IMG/VR virus record: IMGVR_UViG_2660238548_000016
Length of the DNA: 12,744 bases
From: a virus
Lineage: Duplodnaviria > Heunggongvirae > Uroviricota > Caudoviricetes
Direction: 5' to 3' (one strand)
Numbering within the stretch: the first letter of the stretch is position 1; each line of letters starts with the position of its first letter. Shown here piece by piece: positions 1-6,112 of this stretch. A program made the translations under genes and the position numbers. The notes beneath the pieces were generated by a model, which made no database searches, was not told the DNA's origin, and worked only from the letters and a program-made list of their open reading frames with translations.

Positions 1-269
1 GGCTTAAGGAAGCCGGATTACTGGCATCAACAGGGAGTACTGGCGACTCGTATGACAACGCGATGGCTGAGAGCATCAATGGTCTTTACAAAGCGGAGGT
101 AATACACCGTAAGAGCTGGAAAAACCGTGCAGAAGTGGAACTGGCCACACTCACGTGGGTGGACTGGTATAACAATCGACGATTGCTGGAAAGGCTGGGC
201 CATATTCCTCCGGCAGAAGCAGAAAAAGCTTATTATGCTTCCATCGGAAATAATGATCTGGCAGCCTGA
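1..269 (+). CDS. IS3-family transposase (OrfB, integrase-core), C-terminal fragment; 5' end lies outside the window
   Basis: The reading frame is open from base 3 and translates ...GDSYDNAMAESINGLYKAEVIHRKSWKNRAEVELATLTWVDWYNNRRLLERLGHIPPAEAEKAYY..., the characteristic C-terminus of IS3-family DDE transposases (SYDNA.AES glutamate motif, WYN..R.H..LG pattern). Stop at 267-269. Confidence 0.85.
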   Translation, partial: LKEAGLLASTGSTGDSYDNAMAESINGLYKAEVIHRKSWKNRAEVELATLTWVDWYNNRRLLERLGHIPPAEAEKAYYASIGNNDLAA

Positions 270-311
270 GTTCACAGATAAAATACTCTCCAGGAAACCC
301 GGGGCGGTTCA
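1..311 (+). mobile_element. Right end of an IS3-family insertion sequence (partial); terminal inverted repeat about 272-311 ending ...GGTTCA
   Basis: Transposase 3' end is followed by about 40 bp that ends in CA, as IS3-family termini do (5'-TG...CA-3'). The downstream exonuclease ORF on the other strand is cut exactly here. Exact terminus not verified. Confidence 0.6.
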
Positions 312-656
312 CCCCTGCCGTTCGTATGAACGGCGCAAAATCGTGTTGTCGAAGTTGGCTCCATTTCCCCAGACCTGAACAAAAAATTCACCGGAGTTTT
401 CGTCGATAAATTCCCGCAATTGTAACAGTGCATCATCTAACGGGATTTCATCGGTCATAATGGCAGATTGCGCTTCGCGTGATTGCTTAAGCCACCGTTT
501 AATGGTGTCCCGATCAATGACTCCGCCAGCAGTTTCCAGATCGATAGTCTTACTAAATTCCGGTCCCATATCTCCGGTTTGCGGATCGAAAAATATTGCA
601 CCTATTGAGATAATCGGGGCATCAGGATTTTTTCCCATGGTTTTAAGGTCGATCAT
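309..656 (-). CDS. DnaQ-like (DEDD) 3'-5' exonuclease-family protein, C-terminally truncated by the IS insertion; start uncertain (ATG 656, or upstream ATG 806 overlapping the recE-like gene)
   Basis: Translation MIDLKTMGKNPDAPIISIGAIFFDPQTGDMGPEFSKTIDLE...IKRWLKQSREAQSAIM...FVQVWGNGANFDNTILRRSYERQG resembles small phage-encoded DnaQ-like exonucleases. The ORF ends ...ERQG and its stop codon (TGA on the minus strand, bases 311-309) is formed by the terminal TCA of the IS. Confidence 0.5.
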   Translation of the reverse strand: MIDLKTMGKNPDAPIISIGAIFFDPQTGDMGPEFSKTIDLETAGGVIDRDTIKRWLKQSREAQSAIMTDEIPLDDALLQLREFIDENSGEFFVQVWGNGANFDNTILRRSYERQG

Positions 657-712
657 TAGATGGTCACACGTCCTGCTGGTGGATGTGATAACGTGATGAC
701 CGTTCACCGTAA

Positions 713-2530
713 TTAAGGGATTTGCTGTCTCGCCTGTTTCATTATTGCCATTGGCATGTTGATCGCCTTCGGTGCATTGCTTATTCGGGAGCACGGCATT
801 TTCCATTTCCTCCGGATTTTTTTCCGGGCTTCATCCTGGCTTTCTTCGTTGAATGTCTCTTGGTAGGTTGCGTCACCCATTACCGCTCCACAATCAGGGC
901 AGTTGCCGCCATCGGTCTGACCACATGTGGTGCAAACTTTTTCTGGTTCTTGTTGCACTACTGGTTCAGGTTGTTTTGTTTTTGGCTCGTTTTGTAACGC
1001 ATTTGGGCTGTTTTGTTCCGCTTTATCCTGATTCTGGTCATCATCATCGCGACTCTGGATCCCCTTCACCCATTTTGGATCATTCGGGTCGCTAATCCCT
1101 TCAACAAATTCTCCTCGAGAAGCAGCCAGTAATTTATCTGCATCGACAGGATTTTTGGGTGGAATGTTTTTCTTGGCTTCATGGAGTTCTGCACGCAGTT
1201 TCTGATATTTCGCATCAACAGAATTTATCTGTGGCTGAGCATCCATCGACTGCGTGTCCTGATTATGTTCAGTTGTATCCGGTTCCACTGCTTCAGTCGT
1301 TGCCTGTTCATCTGCCATTGCGCCAGATGGCTGCGGTTTTTCTTCATCATCCTGTTTTCCTTCTTTTGTTACACGCTGCGGCATCGGGGCAGAGGAGCGA
1401 CCACAGGCAATATCCACGATTTCCGGATCAGGGGTGGCATGATCGGTTTCAGTCAGCACCTTATTCAGGTATTCGGTGACACGGTGGGGAGTAGCCTCTA
1501 TACCAATTGGTGCTTCTTTCACGGACGCAACCACGATGGCGCGGGAGTAATCCTTGTGGCCCGGCATGGTGATGAATTTGCTGAAAAACACAGAAAATGG
1601 CGGTTTATTTTCAGCGATAATTTCCTCAATGCGTTTAGCGTGCGCGGGATGAAGGTTATAAATATCCACGTCCATTGAACGGGCCAGTACGCCAGTGGCT
1701 ACGTCACGCGCCACTGACGCATCATCGTGGACAAAACCTTCGCCGCGATCGGTAAGAATGCCGCCGCCAGCGTTAGCGCCGGATGGCGTGCGGCTGATGC
1801 GTGAAACACGATTTCCTTTCATCCACTCTTTTGTAAGCAGACCGCGATCGGTGTAGTCAGCGCCCAGGTATGCTTCGATAAAAGAGGTCATCAGTCCCAG
1901 GTCCGAATTTACGGGGGCGGGGAAAACTTTGTCAGTGTCTCGCACCAGTTTGTACAAATCCCGAAGCTCCAGCGGTTCGAGTTGCACTGCTTTATTTGAG
2001 ATGGCCAGCGCGGTAACGGCGGGAAGTTTTTCATCCTGTGCGTTATGTAATGCGCGCAGTTTGTCCAGTGAAACGTGCGTGAGCGGTTTTTCGCTGTTGT
2101 GTTGCGCCAGCCAGCGAACAGGCAGAATCTGACCTGAAACCGGAAGAAGCATATTCTCCTCAATCTTAGCCATGTCTTCGCCGTTGACGTTGGTATTGTC
2201 AGTACTGGCTGGTTTGTCCGGAACAGAGGGCGCGATAAGTATCATTGTGATACCATCTTCTCCGCCTTTTTCGTATCGGTTGCAGAATTCAGTATCAAAC
2301 ACACCTTCCGGTGGAAGGTCATTCACAACGGGTAAATGGACGCGGATGGGTTTTTTAAAATCCTCTTCGTCAAATCCGGCATCGTCCATTGCAGCAACAC
2401 CACGTGATATTGCAACCGATAATTTTTTTGCTGTGCGCCAGTAAAAACCACCTTTAATCCCAAGGCGTTTTCTGACTTTGTCATTTTTGGCTTCGTAATA
2501 TAGTGCAATTTCTTCTTTATCAGCGTTCAT
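713..2530 (-). CDS. RecE (exodeoxyribonuclease VIII)-like protein, N-terminal region only (605 aa); C-terminal nuclease domain absent
   Basis: 605-aa ORF with GAGG 8 nt upstream of the ATG. Long stretches match my recollection of Rac RecE residues about 100-600 ([101 protein letters not shown]). The ORF stops about 25 aa after the zinc-ribbon motif, where RecE would continue into its nuclease domain. Confidence 0.75.
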   Translation of the reverse strand: MNADKEEIALYYEAKNDKVRKRLGIKGGFYWRTAKKLSVAISRGVAAMDDAGFDEEDFKKPIRVHLPVVNDLPPEGVFDTEFCNRYEKGGEDGITMILIAPSVPDKPASTDNTNVNGEDMAKIEENMLLPVSGQILPVRWLAQHNSEKPLTHVSLDKLRALHNAQDEKLPAVTALAISNKAVQLEPLELRDLYKLVRDTDKVFPAPVNSDLGLMTSFIEAYLGADYTDRGLLTKEWMKGNRVSRISRTPSGANAGGGILTDRGEGFVHDDASVARDVATGVLARSMDVDIYNLHPAHAKRIEEIIAENKPPFSVFFSKFITMPGHKDYSRAIVVASVKEAPIGIEATPHRVTEYLNKVLTETDHATPDPEIVDIACGRSSAPMPQRVTKEGKQDDEEKPQPSGAMADEQATTEAVEPDTTEHNQDTQSMDAQPQINSVDAKYQKLRAELHEAKKNIPPKNPVDADKLLAASRGEFVEGISDPNDPKWVKGIQSRDDDDQNQDKAEQNSPNALQNEPKTKQPEPVVQQEPEKVCTTCGQTDGGNCPDCGAVMGDATYQETFNEESQDEARKKIRRKWKMPCSRISNAPKAINMPMAIMKQARQQIP

Positions 2531-2622
2531 TGATAAACCTCATAACCATTTTAAGGATGAACAAATTCCTGCCATTGCTGGCATTTTTAATCCGTTGGTA
2601 TGGCGTTAATATGGCTGGCGGG

Positions 2623-2811
2623 TTATCCAGCCGGTGTTTCGTTATTCAGGTACAGCGATACTTTTTTTAACGGGAGGCATTCACCGGGGATTTTTTGTTC
2701 GTCCCTTACCTGAATGCAGGATGACTTACTGTAATAAATTCCGGTAATCACATTCTGCGGCTCACCCGTTATAAGAAAAACGGTCATTATCAGTGCAAAC
2801 GCTGAAGTCAC
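2623..2811 (-). CDS. ydfD: YdfD-like small lysis protein (62 aa), Qin-type dicB operon
   Basis: Lies immediately downstream of dicB. GTG start overlaps the dicB stop (GTGA) with GGAG 9 nt upstream. Hydrophobic N-terminus MTSAFALIMTVFLITGEP... matches my memory of Qin YdfD. Confidence 0.6.
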   Translation of the reverse strand: MTSAFALIMTVFLITGEPQNVITGIYYSKSSCIQVRDEQKIPGECLPLKKVSLYLNNETPAG

Positions 2812-2996
2812 TGCTGTTCTCCGATAATACCAAGTTCAAGAAGGGCAATTCTGGAAAGTATGGAATTATCATTAAGAAGATAAGGTTCATATTTTCTCAT
2901 CTTAATGGCATCTTCAGTAAACTCCCGGTTACTGAGCAGAACTCCAATATCAAAACAACCTTCAGACGTATTAACGTTTGGTAATAACGTTTCCAT
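2808..2996 (-). CDS. dicB: DicB cell-division inhibitor (62 aa)
   Basis: Translation from the internal ATG at 2996 is METLLPNVNTSEGCFDIGVLLSNREFTEDAIKMRKYEPYLLN..., close to E. coli DicB. GAGGA lies 8 nt upstream and the gene sits directly downstream of DicF as in Qin. Confidence 0.8.
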   Translation of the reverse strand: METLLPNVNTSEGCFDIGVLLSNREFTEDAIKMRKYEPYLLNDNSILSRIALLELGIIGEQQ

Positions 2997-3165
2997 TATC
3001 GCGTCCTCAACAATGAATTTTGTGATGCAGTGCCTGGTGCCTCCAGGTGACGTTAACCAGTTAACAATTAACGCCGGATACAGAGAATCCACCCATAACA
3101 CTGTTTTTGGTTTTAACTGTTCCGCGTGCGCTTAGCCGCATTCACCGCATCACAAAATTCACTTT

Positions 3166-3223
3166 AAAAAGGGCGGCAGAGCAGTCACGGAGTAAAACTG
3201 ATACCGCCAAATGTCACCAGAAA
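3166..3223 (-). ncRNA. dicF: DicF small regulatory RNA (ftsZ-targeting sRNA of the dicB operon)
   Basis: The minus strand reads TTTCTGGTGACATTTGGCGGTATCAGTTTTACTCCGTGACTGCTCTGCCGCCCTTTTT, which I recognise as DicF, ending in its intrinsic terminator (GC stem plus T run). A 9-bp stem (GGGTTGTCA/TGACAACCC, 3249-3287) sits just upstream on the same transcript, plausibly the processing hairpin. Ends approximate. Confidence 0.8.
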
Positions 3224-3648
3224 ATTGATAACAGAGGGCGTTGTAGCGGGGTTGTCACTTAAGCGTATGGTCAACCTGACAACCCGGTGCATTTTCTGGA
3301 GCAATGGAGGAAACCCCAGCCATACTTACCGCCGCGCCATTTCGCGGACTGCCACAACCGGAAGCGCACGGTCGACGAAAATTTAACGACAGGCTATCTA
3401 TGAACCAGCTACCTCGCCGTACGCTTTCGCGTTGTGTGCCTGCTTTTAACCACGTCAGGCGAGGTGGTTCCTGTTATTCCCCAACAACAAGAAATTTGTA
3501 TAATCTGGATATCCCCAACAACGAGAAGAGTATGTAACGTGATAGTTGAGTTCTCAGCAGCAATGTCGGCAATCAAAGAAACTGCGGTAATGGCAAAGGG
3601 TATTCTGAATGCAAAACTCAAACTGAGATAAATTCCGCTGTCAGCGAT

Positions 3649-3993
3649 ATGCTTTCAAAACTTACGTCTGTTCAGTTTGAATGCGTATCGCTCATTGAGA
3701 TGGTGCGCTCTTATCAGGAAGAAGCCGCATCTCTCAAAGCAAAAATTGCAGAGATAGAAGACTTTCAGCAACAGGCGGAAGGTTACAAACTTAACAAGCT
3801 TGATTCTGGAACTCTTGTGTATTCCAAGAAGCAATTTATAGGCGATACCGAGATAACAGTGCATCTTTGCCCACAATGTTTTGGAAAAAAGGTAATATCT
3901 GTACTGCAACCAATGGAAATAATGCGCTTTGATGCTCATTTTCGTACTTTTTGCCCCGCTTGCAATAATAAGTTCTGGATGAACTCAAGATAA
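3649..3993 (+). CDS. Hypothetical protein with an N-terminal charged/coiled-coil segment and a C-terminal C-x2-C ... C-x2-C zinc ribbon (114 aa); antisense to the dicB operon
   Basis: Clean ORF of protein-like composition (EEAASLKAKIAEIEDFQQQAEGYK ... HLCPQCFGKK ... FCPACNNKF); the overlapping minus-strand ORF looks like antisense junk. No convincing Shine-Dalgarno at the first ATG, so the start and even coding status are uncertain. Confidence 0.4.
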   Translation: MLSKLTSVQFECVSLIEMVRSYQEEAASLKAKIAEIEDFQQQAEGYKLNKLDSGTLVYSKKQFIGDTEITVHLCPQCFGKKVISVLQPMEIMRFDAHFRTFCPACNNKFWMNSR

Positions 3994-4023
3994 TTAACCG
4001 TTTAAATAAGTTGGGACTATCCA

Positions 4024-4067
4024 GATTTTTAAAGAACGTGCCGGATGCTCACCCGTGTCCGGCGCAC
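4024..4067 (-). terminator. Candidate intrinsic terminator or bidirectional hairpin (GTGCCGGA ... TCCGGCGCAC) with a T-rich run on the minus strand
   Basis: Imperfect 8-10 bp GC-rich inverted repeat at 4038-4067, followed on the minus strand by GTTCTTTAAAAAT. Lies downstream of the 79-aa minus-strand gene. Confidence 0.3.
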
Positions 4068-4108
4068 GCACTCCACCTGACCCGTAGAGAACTCCTTAAT
4101 TACCAACC

Positions 4109-4348
4109 TTATCCTCGTTGGTTAGCTATTAACGCGGGTATGTAATCATTCTGGCAATGCTTAATGCCGCTGCTTTTTCCAAATTGGTGATATCCTGCTC
4201 CAGAGCGGACAGATTTTTCAGCCTGCTTAGCCCTGGCTTCATTGGCCCATTTCAGATCCTGCGCTGCATTAATTTTCTGGCGCATCCACTCATAAAGTTC
4301 ATCATCGGTATAGTCTGGCGCGATGATGACGGGTTCTCGTTTATGCAT
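4109..4348 (-). CDS. Small phage protein (79 aa) at the ydfC position of a Qin-type dicB operon
   Basis: ORF with GAGGAA 6 nt upstream of the ATG, in the same orientation and operon position as ydfC. Sequence not recognised beyond context. Confidence 0.55.
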   Translation of the reverse strand: MHKREPVIIAPDYTDDELYEWMRQKINAAQDLKWANEARAKQAEKSVRSGAGYHQFGKSSGIKHCQNDYIPALIANQRG

Positions 4349-4395
4349 ACTGATTCCTCGCGGTGCTGTTTCGCTTATCAGCCGTTAGATTTTGC

Positions 4396-4506
4396 CTAAC
4401 TGGAAAGCGCCTGTTTAAACTCACTGAAGCTGAGAGCCTCTTCGCCTTCGGCAAGGTCTTCGAAGTATTCTTCGTAAGCCTTTTCCATGATTGTGTCGAA
4501 ATCCAT
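4396..4506 (-). CDS. Small acidic protein (36 aa; MDFDTIMEKAYEEYFEDLAEGEEALSFSEFKQALSS), at the ydfB position
   Basis: Found by hand; it is below the ORF-track length cutoff. Its ATG is separated by one base from the upstream gene's stop (TGATATG), which suggests translational coupling. Confidence 0.4.
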   Translation of the reverse strand: MDFDTIMEKAYEEYFEDLAEGEEALSFSEFKQALSS

Positions 4507-4507
4507 A

Positions 4508-4663
4508 TCACTCACCTGAGTTTCTTTCCAGCCAGCGACGGGCACCATTTTCGGTTTTAAACGTTTTGCTTTTGGTATACGTCATCGCGGTGAACGTGCC
4601 GTCCTGGTTTGGGAACACGCCGTACACCAGAGATTCGTTGCTGCCAAGATCGATAGTATCCAT
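4508..4663 (-). CDS. ydfA: YdfA-like DUF1391 protein (51 aa)
   Basis: Translation from the internal ATG at 4663 is MDTIDLGSNESLVYGVFPNQDGTFTAMTYTKSKTFKTENGARRWLERNSGE, matching Qin YdfA as I recall it. GAGG lies 6 nt upstream. First gene of the leftward operon after the repressor. Confidence 0.7.
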   Translation of the reverse strand: MDTIDLGSNESLVYGVFPNQDGTFTAMTYTKSKTFKTENGARRWLERNSGE

Positions 4664-4734
4664 GCTGACCTCATTTCCCCTTAACGCCGGAGTAGCGGAA
4701 CTGTTTGCTGAGAACACCGTGCGGTGTCTTGATG

Positions 4735-4800
4735 AGTGAAATTTAGAATAACCTAAGGCATATGATCAAGATTTTTATGTAGAAAAACCTAAGTTTTTTT
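4735..4800 (-). promoter_or_regulatory. Putative leftward (dicB-operon) promoter with CCTAAGG-type operator repeats
   Basis: ACCTAAGG at 4751-4758 and ACCTAAG at 4787-4793, the same motif found in the dicA/dicC intergenic region. Minus-strand TTGATC and TAAATT-like hexamers lie nearby. Positions approximate. Confidence 0.35.
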
Positions 4801-4865
4801 GGTGTAAAAAACACAAGTGTTTGAAAGTTTGTGCTTTTTATTACAGGGTGTGGAGAAAAAAGGGG

Positions 4866-5273
4866 TTATTTGTTTGCGCTTCTTTTGCGAGCTTTAAGTA
4901 GTTCTTCAAAAAGTTTGTTGAAATTTTCAACTCGAGCACGCATCTCTGACAACAGGGCCTTTTGCTCTGAGTCAGGCAGTGCGTCGAACAGTTGAAGTAA
5001 CTCTTTTTGATCTTCTGTCAGAATGGCTGGCTGATTATTCGGGATCGGTTCGCCTGGTTGTTTATCTTCATCCCCAAAAAGAAGCCAAGTCGGTGAGCAC
5101 TGAAGCGCTTGGCTCAGTGCGAATAATCTTTTCCCCGCCGGCTGTGTTTCATCTCTTTCCCATTGAGAAATTGTTACGTGAGCCACTTTGACCAGCTTAC
5201 CTAATGCGGCCTGAGACAGTTTTAATTTTTTACGCCTATGTAAGAGGCGAGCACCGAAGGTTTCGTTTTTCAT
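4866..5273 (-). CDS. dicA: DicA-like HTH (XRE-family) prophage repressor, 135 aa (CI analog)
   Basis: MKNETFGARLLHRRKKLKLSQAALGKLVKVAHVTISQWERDETQPAGKRLFALSQALQCSPTWLLFGDEDKQP...MRARVENFNKLFEELLKARKR closely matches E. coli DicA. Divergent from the cro-like gene. Confidence 0.9.
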   Translation of the reverse strand: MKNETFGARLLHRRKKLKLSQAALGKLVKVAHVTISQWERDETQPAGKRLFALSQALQCSPTWLLFGDEDKQPGEPIPNNQPAILTEDQKELLQLFDALPDSEQKALLSEMRARVENFNKLFEELLKARKRSANK

Positions 5274-5349
5274 ATTAGGGAATTCTAATTTTTCTTGACT
5301 TAGGTTTCTCTACGATCTAGTTTCCTTAGGAAAATCTAAGGAGCTCGAT
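5274..5349. promoter_or_regulatory. dicA/dicC divergent promoter-operator region
   Basis: TTGACT at 5295-5300; inverted repeat CCTTAGG-aaaat-CTAAGG at 5324-5341 overlapping the dicC Shine-Dalgarno (AAGGAG); additional CTTAGG at 5299-5304 and ATTAGGGAATTCTAAT at 5273-5288. Confidence 0.5.
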
Positions 5350-5577
5350 ATGTTGAAAATTGATGCTATAGCGTTTTTTGGCAGCAAAACAAAGCTTGCC
5401 AATGCCGCAGGAGTTAGGTTGGCAAGCATTGCTGCATGGGGGGAACTGGTTCCTGAAGGTCGCGCGATGCGCCTGCAAGAGGCATCCGGCGGGGAACTTC
5501 AGTACGACCCCAAAGTTTATGACGAATATCGTAAGGCAAAGCGGGCGGGGCGGTTGAACAATGAAAATCACCCCTGA
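5350..5577 (+). CDS. dicC: DicC/YdaS-like Cro-type HTH regulator (75 aa)
   Basis: MLKIDAIAFFGSKTKLANAAGVRLASIAAWGELVPEGRAMRLQEASGGELQYDPKVYDEYRKAKRAGRL matches the DicC/YdaS family. AAGGAG 6 nt upstream; divergent from dicA. Confidence 0.85.
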   Translation: MLKIDAIAFFGSKTKLANAAGVRLASIAAWGELVPEGRAMRLQEASGGELQYDPKVYDEYRKAKRAGRLNNENHP

Positions 5578-6112
5578 ACAGGTTTGTGAGGCTCTGGATG
5601 CCTGGGTATGCCGACCAGGAATGACACAGGAGCAGGCGACGATATTAATCACGGAAGCATTCTGGGCTCTGAAAGAACGCCCGAACATCGATGTTCAACG
5701 CGTCACGTTTGATGATGGCGCGGTTGATCAACGGGCGCTGGGCGTTAACCGGGTGAAGATATTCGAACGCTGGAAATCTATCGACACCAGGGATAAGCGG
5801 GAAAAATTCACGGCGCTGATTCCGGCAATTATGGCGGCTATCCGGATCAGTGATTTCAGGTTGTATCGTGAAATTACTGACGGAAAAAGCATTACGTACA
5901 TGATCGCCGGGTTAAACAAAGAATATGGCGATGTGGTGGAGTCAGGGCTACTTTTTGCGGATCCAGCTGTTGTGGAACGTGAGACTGACGAACTTATAGA
6001 AAAAGCTATTGCTTTCAAGCGTGCGTATCGTCAGCAATACCAACATTACTTTGCAGATAAACAAATATCTGTCTGGGGTTCGTATGAGTATCGATGCGCT
6101 ACGATGGGCTAA
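5561..6112 (+). CDS. YdaT-family protein (183 aa; CII-position regulator or toxin-like protein of Rac/Qin-type prophages)
   Basis: ORF overlaps the dicC stop by 17 nt; position and N-terminal pattern (MKITPEQV...) fit YdaT-like proteins that follow the cro analog. Confidence 0.7.
   Translation: MKITPEQVCEALDAWVCRPGMTQEQATILITEAFWALKERPNIDVQRVTFDDGAVDQRALGVNRVKIFERWKSIDTRDKREKFTALIPAIMAAIRISDFRLYREITDGKSITYMIAGLNKEYGDVVESGLLFADPAVVERETDELIEKAIAFKRAYRQQYQHYFADKQISVWGSYEYRCATMG

Noticed and set aside
27-275. 82-aa minus-strand ORF inside the IS end
   Set aside because: Antisense to the well-supported transposase frame; odd composition; no ribosome-binding site.
460-696. 78-aa plus-strand ORF
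   Set aside because: Lies antisense within the exonuclease ORF, whose own translation looks protein-like; likely a shadow ORF.
722-2508. Multiple plus-strand and alternative-frame ORFs (722-997, 853-1095, 1159-1479, 1181-1678, 1929-2132, 2172-2444, and minus-strand 1909-2163, 2323-2508)
   Set aside because: All fall inside the 605-aa recE-like gene; translations are Cys/His/Phe/Leu-rich shadow frames of a GC-biased coding region.
2905-3135. 76-aa plus-strand ORF
   Set aside because: Antisense to dicB and runs into the DicF terminator; the dicB frame is the recognised one.
3304-3631. Overlapping ORFs 3304-3537 (+), 3434-3631 (+) and 3409-3621 (-, TTG start)
   Set aside because: No ribosome-binding sites, mutually overlapping, compositionally poor. 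Kept only as part of the insertion finding, not called as genes.
3655-3939. 94-aa minus-strand ORF
   Set aside because: Antisense to the zinc-ribbon ORF; sequence rich in F/Y/L/K typical of a reverse-frame artefact.
4157-4739. Plus-strand ORFs 4157-4399, 4363-4560 and 4491-4739
   Set aside because: Antisense to the tightly packed, RBS-supported minus-strand small genes of the dicB operon.
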